Positions 36,301-50,000 of a DNA stretch of 64,000 nucleotides are shown piece by piece. The notes beneath the pieces are model-generated. The model did no database searches. It was not told where the DNA came from and worked only from the letters and a program-made list of their open reading frames with translations. This DNA comes from Amoebophrya sp. A120 (lineage: Eukaryota > Protista > Dinoflagellata), in the NCBI GenBank assembly GCA_905178155.1, contig CAJINV010000004.1, forward strand, positions 10,196,381-10,260,380. Direction: 5' to 3'. The position numbers and the translations under genes were made by a program. Position 1 is the first letter of the stretch. Every line of letters starts with the position of its first letter.

Positions 36301-38998
36301 GCGTCCAACACGAGGACCACAGCACTAGTCACAGCCGCGACGAGAGCCGGGACGCAGACCATTACAGAGGACATCACTAGTTTCCTTCATCAGGGCGGCC
36401 ATAATAATCCCGAGCACAGTTCTTCTGAAGAAGGGGATCAACAACAAGATTTAGAGGCGTTTGCTGGGAACAATGGAGGAGTAGATGCTGGTGACGAAGA
36501 CCAGTCTGGCACAGTTATGTCAGCATCAGGATCATCGTCCGCAATTATAAATACTGCATCTGCATCTCTTTCTCTCTCCGGTAAGTCGGTTGTTCAACAT
36601 GATCCTACAAGGCATACGACTACGAGCAGTAATCTTCAGCACCCCGACGCGAAGCCTATCGGGTTGATCATAAACGAATTGGTTGACAGCAAGAAGGCAA
36701 ACGCGTTCATTATGCATTGCAAAAGTATCGTAGCTATGTAGTGCTGACGGTAATCTTCGCAATCATGCACGACAAATTCTCATCGTGAGCTATAAATGCC
36801 AATGCGCATTACATCAAAGTTTATTTCTCATGCTGAGACCACTACACCAGTGCGATACTTGTTTGCACAGGATATTTATTGAGCAGCAGCAGCACCTGTT
36901 GCAAGATCATCATCTTCAGCAAGGGAAAAATCTTGTCGCTGACACAGGGTCCACCTCCACCTACCACGGCACCAGCGAGCCTGCCGCTCCGCACCACGAA
37001 GAAGATCTTCAGGCCAGGAGCAGGGAAATAAAGGATCACGACAAAGAACTTCGCAAAAAAGACAAGAAGGAAAAAAAGCTGAAGAAGGAGCAGAGGCGGT
37101 TAGAGAAGAAAGAGAAGAAACGGCTTAAAGGAGAACAGGACACTTCTGAAGACAAGTTGCGTGAAGGAACTTCTGTGCTTGCCGGGGGAGAGACTGACCC
37201 TGACGGTTCCAGAAATGCACCACGACCGGAAGGCGAGATTCTGGTGCGTTCACCGCAACCAGGTACAACGACTAAGACAGGCGGCCAAGAACAATTCTCA
37301 AGTGGTCCACCCTCTGCGCGTAGCTCGCGCTTTTCTTCGTCGTACGACTGCAAGCCAAAAAGTCCGGCTGCAAATAGTTGTGCAGCAGCAGCAGCTGGTG
37401 CACGACCGACTAAAGTCGACTTGGGGCCGAGTTGGACAACCGGCACCACGAACCAGTTTACTTGCTCACGGGCCGCAAGTAAAACACGGAGCAACTGCAA
37501 CCAAGCCGCTGGACAGGGATTCCACGCCGGTGGAATTACATCAAAAAGAGATGATTTAGCACCTGACCCGCCTACGGGAGAAACAATGAGGACCATCTCG
37601 ATGCGTGCAACGCACCCGTCGATGGGATTTCGACAGCAATTGAACCCCGCCAGTGTTGCGACCGCGGACAGCACAAGCCCCAGCAAGGACTTGCCGGAGT
37701 ATCAGCCCCGGCCAAGGAGAACAGCGACTCCGCGAGGAACAGGAAGTGCGGCTGGTAGTTCGACGGCCCGCGATTTGATGATGCTGCGCATGCAGCGCGA
37801 TGGAACGATAAATACCGGGATGAACACCGGTGCTGTAGATCCCGATCTGGCGGACGCGAAGGCGCCTGCTGCAGTGTCGGGACCAGTCCCCGCGCCCCCG
37901 TACGAAGTGGTACAACCGTTAGAAGCAATAGCAGCCGAAGCCGCCGATGCAGCCTTCGTGCAACCAGCTGCCCCTCCACCTCCCGACGGTAGTACGCGGA
38001 CTGCGTCCAGCACACTGATCGGCACAACTACAGGCAGCTCCAGTGGAGACGACAGCACGTCGTCGCAGATCGATCCGCGTGCTGAAAATTTGAATCCCCT
38101 CGAACTGGCCACTACAATCAAGGAGATGGAGCAGCAGCTCATATCTACTGCGGGTTCGACCCCGTCCAGTGCGGGGACCAGGAGCAGGCCCTATATGCGG
38201 CCCTCCGCCAGCGGAATTTTTAAGGTGATTGCATCTTCGGGCGCGGCCAATGCCGGTTTACTTGAAAATCAAGGACGAGAGGGAGATGAGTCTGGGAGCG
38301 GAACTGCGGTTGCGCAAGAGCAGGACATCACAAAGTTGGAGCAACAGGATCTTCCGGAGAAACAAGAGAACTCACGACCTTTTGAAGGTGCGACGAACCG
38401 TCAGCATCCTCTTCCTGATGTTTCGGCCCCATTGTCACCTAGTAGAGCTGTTGGTGGGGAAAAAACTTCACCTAGCATGGCTGTGCCAGCTACTGGGTCG
38501 TCGTCCCCCACCTCCTCACCAAGCTCTAAATTCGCGCCTTCGATGCCCAAGTTCCGGTGCCCCGAGTCTCCGCGGCAGATGGGAGCGAATGGGCGTCCCC
38601 GCACCCGCCCACTGCCCATCGACCAAAAAGTGTTGGTTTTTCCGGAGGATGTCAGTAGTACCACTGTAGCAGCCAGCGTACCGACGCCGCCACCGCCACC
38701 GACGGGCAGTAAAAGTCTTCATGAAAGTATAAGCCCAAATGGTCCCTGGCCTGAGGACTTAGTGCCTCCTGAAGCAGCGCACGAACATGCAGACTACACG
38801 TGGATGTGGAATGAAAATGCAGGGCCATCTCCACCGACGCATTTATCCCAGCCTGGTGCCGCAGCGTCAAGGACGAATCATCATCATGCTGCTGCAATTG
38901 AATCTGATGAAGCTGAACCTGCTCAGCCGAGCCAGCAACTGCATCAGGAAGTAGGAGGGCCGTGGCGGCCATGCGCACCGCCACCTGAAACTCAATAA
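30318..38998 (+). CDS. Large low-complexity, probably secreted hypothetical protein, about 2665 aa; exons 30318-32400, 32675-34407, 34648-36710, 36880-38998
   Basis: Signal-peptide-like VLTCFLLVAIGCS. Four long ORFs join in frame after removing three TIR elements plus TSD (7998 nt). Confidence 0.8.
32401..32669. mobile_element. Introner with B-type termini and atypical interior (269 bp)
   Basis: TATGCATTG...ATACTTTTGCAATGCATA; TSD CACCA; frame restored (NIT-TDQS). Confidence 0.85.
34408..34642. mobile_element. Introner, family C (235 bp)
   Basis: TATGGCGTTCTCAA...TTGAGAACGCCATA; interior similar to the 24775 copy; TSD CACCG; frame restored (SSP-VDVD). Confidence 0.93.
36711..36874. mobile_element. 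Introner, family B (164 bp)
   Basis: TATGCATTGCAAAAGTATCG...CGATACTTGTTTGCACAGGATA; TSD TTCAT/TTTAT; frame restored (NAF-IEQQ). Confidence 0.88.
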
Positions 38999-41071
38999 AA
39001 TAAAGGCGTCTGCAAGAAAAGCCGCAGCCCCTGGCAGGCTGCTCAGTTGATACACTTAAACGTAGCCTTGCATTTCTTGTTTCCAACTGCCACAAATTTG
39101 GCAGTGGCGAGGCTGATTTTCACCAGTGTCTTTCTACGCTTTTTAGAGATAGTTTCTTTTTTTGGAAAAGTTTGAGCAAAAGGGCTCGACAAATCCAGTT
39201 CGTTCTGGCTTCATGATTTCTGATCGGAGTACGAGTACCGAATATTCATACACGTTCATATGATCAACAAGAACTGTTTTTCTTGCTTGCTATGCGTGGC
39301 TACGTCTAAGTTGTCATGGGCATAAACAATAAAAATAAGATCTCTTGAGCTTACAAGGTAGACTGTTACTTTTTTTTCATGATGACAAAACTTAAACTAC
39401 AACTAACTACGCACAAAATTGTGCCATATTTATCAGTACTGTACTCACTAGCGCGGAAAAATGTGCCACTATGTCTTTTTTGCATTATTCCTACCGCGTT
39501 TTATATCTATGGCTTGAGCTGCATTTGCTTTTTCAACTTGGTTTGTTGATAATGTCTCTGTACGATTACAACTTCTGGCACCACTGGAGTAAATACCTTG
39601 ATTGATGATACTTCTCCCTCACGAGTTCGACCCTGACGTCTTGTTCACCAATACTACCAAATCACAGAAAATGAAAAACTACGTACAGAAAACATATATA
39701 AAACACGAAAGCCGTTTTTCAGACTGAAAAGCCTGAGGTGGAAGTGGAGGGAGCAAGCATCCTTTCACTTTCTATAATCATCTCTCCATTTCTTCATTTC
39801 TCCACTACCACTCCTGCCGATATTATCCTCACATAGGCGTTGATAGCAGGAGAAATTCATACCATCATGCCATTTATTGTCTTGAAGATGGTGGTCATGC
39901 CTATGGTCTTGTCGTGAGGCGACGCAATTGACATCAATCTCGTCTACCATACAATCTTTTTTCGATAATTACGATTTCGTAAATTAACTATGTTGTATTT
40001 CTACAGTTTTGGATATGTGCAGGTAAGTATTTGTAAATTAGATCGTGTGGCGGTTCGATCTGGGTCGCCTCACTTTCAGATTGGAGGTCCGCGAAACCCA
40101 AAGACAAAGAAAGTTGCAAAGCTTCAGCCGGATTACGGTTATGAAGGTTTGTAGATGTAGCAAGCTGTGCATTACTTTGTTGTTATGTGCTGTTGTTTAG
40201 AAGTAATACCCCTGCGCGGGTACAACAACATCTGTAGACATAAATCCTAAGGTGGGTGGATGATTATTTCCGCCTCGTTGCTCGGCCGGCGCTTGCCGTA
40301 TTAGCTGCGCGGTGGGCTCTCGTCTAAATCGGAATCATACCTGTTCGGGTGCAACACGATTTTGTCGTCTCTTGCTGCAGTGTCCTCCGGAGAGGATCTT
40401 CAGGACTTTCCCTGACGCTACTAACTCCACCGAGAACGAGATAGGATCACTACATACAGGCCTTTTTGCTCTTGCTCAATCATTAGATGACGTACACACG
40501 ACGACAATGATCACATCTGTATGACCACCCGATATCGTTGTCACTCGTTCACCCGCTCGTGTGTAGTATGATCCTATCTGAGCCCCCGGTTTTCGCAACT
40601 GCAGTCACAGACTTACTTATTCATACGAAGATTCTTGTTGTTTCCTTCAATTGAGCAGCAGCGAGCAGGCGCGGCGAGCAGGCCTTGGTTGCGTCAAGTT
40701 GATCATGATGTTGAGCTGCACAGTGAATAGCAGTGGTGAAAAATATTAAAGCCACGTACTTCTAGAGACAACTGTCGTGGCAGTCGCTGCAAAACTCTTT
40801 CGTGCATCCCCCCCTCCCTGCCATAGTAAAAGATACTTATCCAGGACGGGGGCCGATGCCGAACGTCAGAAATCGAGAACAAGTTGAAAAACCAATCCCA
40901 GTACAGGTTGTGTGCAGACGGTCATAAGTACCAGACTATCTATCAATCGTGGTTTGTGATTCACGTTATTGCCAGGAAGTTGCATTTTTTCTTGAGTTAG
41001 ATTTCACGTCGCTCTACTCGTTGGTGAACTACTCGCATGTAAACATCTATCTTGAATGATCTGCAAAGAAC

Positions 41072-44000
41072 ATGTTGGTCATAAGCGCCAACCAGCGGAT
41101 GGCAGTTGTGAGCCACAAAACGCCGCCGGGTCAATCACGACTCCATACTTCGTTTACTACACTTTCTCGATTTCTATACCCGGTACTCGTTTTTTTAGCA
41201 CTTGCATTTACAACAGAATTCGCCGAAATTGCAACCGCAAGCGCACCAGCATCAGCCGCGCAACAAGCGGTTTCGGAATCGTCCTCCCGTGGCACAACCT
41301 GGGCGGCTTTCTGGCGCCGGCCACGACTTCCAAAAACAGGCAGCGCAGTACCATCGCCAACATCGGCCTCCAATCATTCATCTGGTGACAAAGATTCACC
41401 AGCCCCAGGCGCAGCGACAGAAGGTGATTCTTTTCATGAAAGAGCAGATGGCTCGTCGTGCCCGAAGGACGGAAGCGGCGCGGGAACTACAAAGGATGAT
41501 CAAAATACGGCGAACTTGCTGAAGCAGGTGCGGTTCCTTGAGGCGCTCGTGGAACAAATCTATGAGTACGAGGCGGAAGATAGCACGTCGCCGGGAGAAG
41601 ACGATGATGAGACCACCAGCAGTTCCTCGTCTGCATCTAATTCAGATGAAGATTCTTCGTCCTCGTGCAGCGACACAGAAGATGAAAATCTTGCGAAAGA
41701 CGAAGGAGGTAATATCGAGGAGCGGTTCGAGCCGGCGCATAGAAGTTCTTCACCGGTCGTGTTGCCAAGAACTTCGTGTGACTTGTTGACACCGGTAGAA
41801 CAGTTGTCAGCGACACCTCCGACGCCTGGCAACTACAGCAGCGAACCAGCGGCGCAGCGCTCGTGTTCATACAGCTCGGCTTTCGATGACAGAGGGAGCT
41901 ATCTGGCTACGACATCACCCGACGCAACTTCTACAGATGTTGGTCCGCCACCGCGGCCCCCGTATGTGGAAAAATCGTCCGCTGCGAGAGAGGTTTTTGA
42001 TGGGTCTTGTGCTTCGGAGCTACTACAAGCGCCTCTGCTGACAAGGTGTAGAGATGGAGCCGGAACTGGTGGAGAAAACCACCCCAATCACGAGTCGAAT
42101 ATCGGTGTTTCTGCGAGCGACCCCGCACAGCTTCCGATCAGACCTCGGAGGAAAACTACGGCTGAGAGATCCGATCACGTCCCATCAAAGCCGAAAAAAG
42201 AAAAGCACAAAGAGATAAAGAATAAAGATAGTCCAACCAAGCAAGTGGCCCAAGTTCCAAGACCAGCAGGTGCGGCGCGGTCGCGTGCTCCGACTCCGGC
42301 GCCGAAGAAGTTTCTTCGTATGTAGTGAGGTCACCGAACGGTTCTAACCGGGCAGTTTTCTTGCCATGTCCCGGCAAAAACGACCGGCAGTTTTGAAGCC
42401 TACAGAGAGTTTTTTTGCATGAAAAATCTCCCAGCGTGCAAGCCTGTTTGGCTTTGTTGGCAACGAATCGCCTGCGGAAACTATCGGTCGCCGCTTGATA
42501 AAACGACGCAGGGGCGCCGGCAAAAGGGGCGCCCTTCTGAGGCGCCCACCGCCGTAGTTTCTGGCGATTTGGGGTGCCCAAAAGGGCGCCCGAAAAAAAC
42601 GCGCCAAAAATCAGAACAGCGAAGCCGCATGGCACGGCCGCGATCTCGGAGCATTTTGGGCGGCCGCGAAAGCGGTGGCCTTTTCGCTGGTTTCAGAGCC
42701 TGGGAAGCTTCGCAAAAAGCGCCGGCGCGAAAAATAAAAACGCAAAAAAGAAAAAGCGCGCGAGGCGCGCGAAGCCAATCCGCATGGTATGGGCCCGATT
42801 TTTCTTCGGTTTTTGGGCGCCCCCCGTGGCACCCGGATCGGCCCCATAGCGTCGGGGCTGGTTTCCGGACAGGAATTTGGGGAATTTGCCAAAAATCTGC
42901 CATTTTTTTCAACCGGCCGCCATGCCGTGCGGCATAACCTTACCCACGGCGGCACGGCGGGCCCAGAAAAAGCAAAGCCGTGACAAGGGCAACGGTCGGC
43001 AAGAAAACGCCACCGACCTCACTACCTCCGCCCCGGCGGCTATATTTGGTAGTGGTGGCGCGACGTCAACAGGAGGGACAAATCAAGCTGATGAACCGGA
43101 AGATGCTGAAAGAGAGCCTTGCCGCACCTTCCACGGCAGTAAAGGGGATGCAGGCTGCACACCGGCATCAAGCGGTGGCGGCGCAGCAGGAGCCATTGGG
43201 ACGTCGACGTCGTCGAACAATGCCTCTAGTACAACTTCTCGTTCCCGTAGGACGAATTCGCGCGGACCCCGGCGCGCGAACAGCCGCGGGAGGGATCCGA
43301 ATCCAGACTTGGGGACATCTGGGACGTCCAAAGGGCGGCAGTGCGATGACGAAGAAGACTTCGAAAAAGTTTTGCAGGAAATGGCGCATCTGGACCTCGT
43401 GAGCGATCACGACTGCGCCGCCGAGGATCGTGGCCCACGCAGGAGTCGCGCCAGTAGCAGAACGCGTAGGCGCTCGACTTCTCGCGGAAGAAATAACAGA
43501 CGAGATTCGTACAATAGTGCGGCTGCCGGAGCTACGCCAACAGCCGCAAGAAATGACGAAACTGATGGGGAGGAGAATGCTCCTAGTGAGCACTACACGA
43601 CAGCTGCGCACCGGAGCAGGAGTGGAAAAGAGAGTTCGCAGCAAAGAACAAGCGAGTGCGTTGACCTTTCTGCCGCAGAACTCCTCAAAGATGCCAAGGA
43701 TTTCGCGGCTATGTATCGTGCACGCGCGAGCGATGCTAGGAACCGAGCTGAAGCACGGAGAACTGCTGAGAGGACAAGTAATTCTGATGCCGGTCGTACG
43801 AACCAGAAAGTAGCGCCGACGGCTAGCTCGAGTAGCAACGCTTGTGGTTGCTCCAGTGGAGGTGGGAAAGGGCAGGTGCAAGACGGCGACGTGCTTATAG
43901 TCCCAGTCCGGAATACTAGTGGCCAGGAGGACCACATTCTCGAGCACCCTATGGACAATCAAGAGGCTATTCACGTGAGTCTGAACGCGTTCAGTGCGTC

Positions 44001-47000
44001 TGTGAAGGTTCTGTGTCTCTACCCGTCGCCGAAATGGGTCGGCAGATTCACCGACGTTTTGCACTCAGCATGGCACAAGAACAACTCCGACCAGCAGCAG
44101 GGACGAGGGCAAGAAGAACATCGTCAAAGCCGACCACTTCGGCCGTTGATCCCCGATGAGAGCAGACTGAATCAGATGTATCTGCTTCCCCTCGCCTGCT
44201 ACTACCTCTCGAAGTATCTTTGTTACTGGGGCGAGGCAGATCTGGCCGCACCGGACGACATCTCGGAGTTTCGGGACTGGGCCCGCAGGTTCTTCATGTG
44301 GCAGGCCCTGTACAAAGACAGACGGGGGACAGGATCTAGAGATGAAGGAGCGGCTGCAGCACAAAAAGCACCAGGAAAAAACAAGCAAAAGAAATCGATC
44401 CTCCGAGGTGGGGGCTCAGCATCAGCAAGTAGTTCGTCCACCTCGCAGGTGGACGGCCGCCGTAACTGCTCTTTGGTAGCGGCCTCCTCTTCCTGTAGCT
44501 TCAACACCGTATCGCGTGTGTCAAGCGACTCTCTTTCCGAGTCCGGCTTGCAGCTCCCGCCAGAAGCCGACGCGGAAATTGCGATCTCGTCCAAATTTGC
44601 GAAAGCCGCGGCGAGAGTGGACGACAAAGTCAGTGCGAACATCCGGCGGACACCGAAATCCAATGTGCAGAAGGCCGCAGAGAAGGCGGCGAAGCGGAAG
44701 TCGAACCGATTGAAGAAGAAGGAACAGCAACAGACTCAGCAGGACGCGCAGGAAGCAGTGCTTGCCGACGAGCGTGCCACAGCACGCCTGATGTCGGTGA
44801 GAAATTTCGCAGAGTACAAGAAACTTTCGCCGGAAGAGAAAATCCGGCATCTGAAGCAAGTTCTGCAGAACACGGGGTACTATTCTCACAGCACAGCGTC
44901 GAAAATGCGTATGCGGAAAAGGTCTCGTTGCACGCGTCTCTGTCTCGGTTTGTTCTGTGGCTGCTACTATCAAATGCAAAAATGTCTGGGTCTGGAAGAT
45001 TGCGAGATTTGCCATGCTTGTCTGGCATGACCAAAAAGTTTGTGATGCGTGTCCAAGATAAGACCCTGTTGCCTGTCATGCAAAAACCCAGTTTGTACAT
45101 GCGAAAAACGCAACACAAATAAGCGCAGATATTTCTCATGCTTGCCTGTGCATTACAGAGCATTCACTATTCCCAACGCACCATTACAAGTTTCCAGACC
45201 CAGACATATTAATTTGCATTTGATAGTTACGGGTACGTGGAATCCTGGTGGGAAATTCCCTGGCACCTCCGGATTATGCACTGCAAAAGCATCGTACTCG
45301 TATACATGGATTACAAATTCTCAGCATGAGAAATAAAATTTGTAGTGCGGATTTACCTTGAGATGAAATTAAAAATTTGTAATGCATGATTGCAATAATT
45401 ACTACTCCCCAAGAGATTTGAGTCGAGCACCGCCCGAGATTTTAGGTGATGAATATTTGAAAAAATGAAAAGAGTAACTCTTTTAATTTTTGCAGCGCGC
45501 GCAAGCTTGCGCTGCCGGGGGGCTTCGCCCTCCCCATGTTCGCGAAAGGCTTGACTTTGCCCTGCCCCTTCGGCGTTTTCTTTCTTTGCGTGTAGTGTAG
45601 CCTCGGCAGGCGATTNNNNNNNNNNNNNNNNNNNNNNNNNNNNNNNNNNNNNNNNNNNNNNNNNNNNNNNNNNNNNNNNNNNNNNNNNNNNNNNNNNNNN
45701 NNNNNNNNNNNNNNNNNNNNNNNNNNNNNNNNNNNNNNNNNNNNNNNNNNNNNNNNNNNNNNNNNNNNNNNNNNNNNNNNNNNNNNNNNNNNNNNNNNNN
45801 NNNNNNNNNNNNNNNNNNNNNNNNNNNNNNNNNNNNNNNNNNNNNNNNNNNNNNNNNNNNNNNNNNNNNNNNNNNNNNNNNNNNNNNNNNNNNNNNNNNN
45901 NNNNNNNNNNNNNNNNNNNNNNNNNNNNNNNNNNNNNNNNNNNNNNNNNNNNNNNNNNNNNNNNNNNNNNNNNNNNNNNNNNNNNNNNNNNNNNNNNNNN
46001 NNNNNNNNNNNNNNNNNNNNNNNNNNNNNNNNNNNNNNNNNNNNNNNNNNNNNNNNNNNNNNNNNNNNNNNNNNNNNNNNNNNNNNNNNNNNNNNNNNNN
46101 NNNNNNNNNNNNNNNNNNNNNNNNNNNNNNNNNNNNNNNNNNNNNNNNNNNNNNNNNNNNNNNNNNNNNNNNNNNNNNNNNNNNNNNNNNNNNNNNNNNN
46201 NNNNNNNNNNNNNNNNNNNNNNNNNNNNNNNNNNNNNNNNNNNNNNNNNNNNNNNNNNNNNNNNNNNNNNNNNNNNNNNNNNNNNNNNNNNNNNNNNNNN
46301 NNNNNNNNNCTTTTAATTTTTGCAGCGCGCGCAAGCTTGCGCTGCCGGGGGGCTTCGCCCTCCCCATGTTCGCGAAAGGCTTGACTTTGCCCTGCCCCTT
46401 CGGCTTTTTCTTTCTTTGCGTGTAGTGTAGCCTCGGCAGGCGATTCGTTTTCCCCGCCACCGGCTCGCGTGCTGACGTGGGCGCCTTTGGGGTGTTGTGC
46501 GTTTTTTATGTTGCCCGCGCGGCGCGGGTCTCCATGTCGGAGCTAAGGCGCGCGGCTCCGTGGCGCTTTGTGCTTTATTTTGCCGGGGCTTTTTTTGCAT
46601 TTTTGCTATTTTATGGCAGTAGGAACATGAAGAGCAGCCCGCCTCTGCAGTTGGCGCCCCGTTCCTCTTTTTCGTGTCGAATTTTTCGCGGGGCAAACCA
46701 CGCGGCGCCGGCTGTGTCTTTCGCACTTTGCTTCCAGAGCTAGTGGCGCGACTGCTTCGCGTAAGCGCCCTGAATTAGCACCAAGCGAGGCTCTTCGTTG
46801 GTTTTCCATGTAATGCAACCCCGGAGGCCGGTTCGGCGTGTCAGCCAGCGGCCTGCTTCTTGTTGCGGGCATTTTATTTTCTGGCGTTTTTCGTTTCGCG
46901 CGTTGGTCGTGTGGCGTTTATCTTCACTTCAGGGCGCAGAACAGTGACGCGGCGGCGTTTTTCGCTCCTTGTCTGCATTTGTGGACTTACTATCCTTGCT

Positions 47001-50000
47001 GCGCTGCAGTGCCAGCGCCGACTTACCAAGCATCCATGAGAGGCGCCGCGGTTGCTAGGGTTTTACGCTAAAAGTGGCAACGCTGTCCATGTTTTGCCTT
47101 CGTCTTCCTTTTTGGGTGTCTTTCCGCTGCTTTTTTGCCGTACTTCGTTCATTTTGTTGCGTTTTTGCGCCTTTTCGAGCTACGCGGAGCTTTTCCGGCG
47201 CATTTTGGGCCTAAAAACGAACAAACTGCCTGGGGCTGGTTATTTTCGCCGCCTGCTTGCCGTATCTTGTTCACTTCGTCGCGTTTTTGTGCCTTTTTAA
47301 GCTGGAGGAAGTTTTTTTGGCGCATTTTGGTCCTCAGAACGGCCAAACTATCTGGAATCGACCTGGCGGATGCGATAGCGCCACCGCTCTGCGGACTTGC
47401 TCCTGCAAAATCATCGGCGCGCGCCTTGTCTCGCTTCTGCGCCTTTTTGGAGAATTTGCAAAGTGTTGCACTTTTTCGCCTATTTCGATGGCTTTGCGAC
47501 CGTTTTTGCTTTGGTTTGCGTCTGTTGGTGCATTTGCGCACCTTTTTGAGCTGATGGGAGCTCTTTTGGCGCATTTTGGTCCTAAGTACGACCAAACTGT
47601 CGGGAGTTAGCTCTACGTGTGCGACAGCGCCAACGCGCTGCGAACCGCTGCAAAATCATAGGCGCGCGCCTTGTTGCGATTTTGCGCATTTTTGGAGAAT
47701 GCGCAAAGTGGCGCACTTTTGTGCTTATTTTGAGAAATTTGCGCCCTTTCCGCCTTAGTTTTTGCATTTTGGCGCATTTGCGCAATTTTTAGGCTTAACT
47801 AGGTGGCCCCGCCGTGCGCTTTTCCGTCCATTTCGTTCTTTTTGACTTAACAAGGCCTGTTCTGCAGTGAAATGAGCCGAATTAGCACCAAAAAGGTGCG
47901 TTTGTACCTTAAGAAAATTGGCATTTTTTTTCGAATTTCGCAGCTCTTTGCGAATGTGCCCTTATGCGCACTTACGTCGTTACTTTCATCAGTTCGCGAC
48001 TTTTTTCCTTTTTTTGTCGCATTTTCGCACATGGGGGCAGTTTTAGCGCTTAACTAAGTGGCCCCGCCGTGCGCTTTTCCGTCGTTTTTGTTGTTTTTGA
48101 CTTAACAAGACCAGTTTTGCACTAAAATGACTCGAATTAGCACGAACGACGTGCGTTTTTACCTTAACAAAATTGGAATTTTTTTTTCTGATGTGATGCA
48201 TGTTTGCAATACAAGTTAAAGACGAGTGCGATACTTTTGCACAGGATACGGATGCTCCGGACTGTCGCTGCGAGCTTCCGCGTCGCCACGATGTTGCTTG
48301 CGATGTCGGCTGCTACGCACATCAGGATCTATGCTTGCTACGCGGCGCGGTATTACGAGATACCGTTCCTAAGCGGTTCCCAAAACGTGATGCGTGGGCA
48401 GCAGGATCTGCTGAGCATGTCGGGTGCGGAAATTCAAGAAGTCTGGGACAAAAACCCCGTGGAAATGTTTTTCCCCGGCATGGGCTTTTCCGACATGGGG
48501 GAGTGGGTTATGGCTTCGCTTTTCAATTTCGAAAACACTGGTGAAAGTGAACAGCACGGATCTTCTTCGGCTGCACAGCAACAAGTTCCTAGTAGCAGCA
48601 GCCGCGCTTGGATGCAAAACGAGGTGGAGCAGTGGTACCAACGGATTCCCATTATGCTGGATGAGAAGGGCATAGCGGATGAAAACAGCAACAACCTGCG
48701 CCTGAACAAACCGGGTAGTACCATCACGGAGATGGTTGCGAGGGAACTGCAGAAGGACAAAGGCAGCAGAAAAGCTGCACACGGAGAAAAGCACGATCCA
48801 AGCCGAGGCGGGAACAACCCGGTCGTGTACCATCTGATCAGCCCGGACGATGCGGCGATGGATGCGAATAAATATGGAGGATTCGTGAAAAAGTTTGAAG
48901 ACCGCTTAGCCGGGCCAAATTCAGTCCGGAGCTTGCCGAAGATGCGGAAATTGCTTTCTGCGGACGAGTTGCTGAACCGGTTTGCAAACATGGCTGGAAA
49001 AAGTAGAACAACCGGAGTTTTCGGAAGTGCAGCTAGCAGTACTCTCTACAAACCGGTAGCTGCCGTGCACGAGGGAATCAAGACAGTGTTAACAGGCTTT
49101 CACAACTACTGGACACATGCCATGGACACCGTGACGCCAGGCGGGTTAGGACTTGAGCAACAAGGACGAGAAAGCGGAAGTGCATCTGCAGCATCTGCCG
49201 TGCAAAGCCAGAGTGGTCAACAGCGAGGAAAGAAATGCAAAAAAAAATCAGCTGCAGCTTCACCTTCACTTTATCAAAGAAATGGGAAGCAGGAGGATCA
49301 TTACACCGGGAGTGGTGCAGCAGCTACTTACAGTTCTGCCCAGCAATCATCCACTTCCAAGCTCGAACTAACCCTCGACACCCCCAACACCGAAGAGATC
49401 ATGCTGCAGCGCGCCGAGTTCTATCTCCGCAAGTGGAGTTACGCGTACGCCTGGAAGCCGCAGGTGGATTTATTACTCGAAAAATCGAAGCGTTTCGATG
49501 GCGACACCGCTGCCAGACGTGCGGGCGAGTGGGGACTGCTTTCCCGCTACTGGGCGGAGCGGGACGCTTTACTTGGGGAAATGCGGCACCAGGTCGAGGC
49601 GACGAGCACGCGGAGCGTGTTTGGCATCAGCTTAAGAATGCTGCACTACTTTACGGACGCGACAGTGAACGTCGAGCGACGGGCGATCATGCGGCTGGAC
49701 CACTTGCAAGACGATGAGGGTTTCGGTCGTGTGAAAGTGAGGAAAGCTGCAGGGGAAGTTGTAGGTGGTGCCGGAATATGCACTGCAAAAGCATCGTACT
49801 AGTATATATAAATGGCATGACAAATTCCCTCAGTATGTTATGAGAAATGAAATTTGTAATGCGGATTTAACTTGACAGAAAAATTTGTTTGTAATGCAAA
49901 AATGCGATTAGTACGAGTACGATACTTTTGCAGTGCATACGGAACTACAAATCCTCAGCCTCCTGCTGACGCAGGTGACGAGGGAGAGATATGTGACGAC

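Larger units (their letters stand above)
45275..48248. mobile_element. Family B introner interrupted by a multi-kb nested insertion (about 45406-48223)
   Basis: Left part TATGCACTGCAAAAGCATCGTACTCG (45275-45405), right part GAGTGCGATACTTTTGCACAGGATA (48224-48248); TSD CGGAT both sides; frame restored (HLR-MLRT). Confidence 0.85.

Noticed and set aside
45480-46445. 136-bp direct repeat flanking the N gap as an LTR, and the 325-aa minus ORF across it
   Set aside because: Near-identical sequence abutting both gap edges most likely reflects overlapping contig ends; the ORF is mostly X.
45406-48223. Autonomous transposase-encoding parent element
   Set aside because: Only short low-complexity ORFs are present, with no DDE, HUH, tyrosine-recombinase or RT motifs recognisable. 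The gap cannot be assessed.
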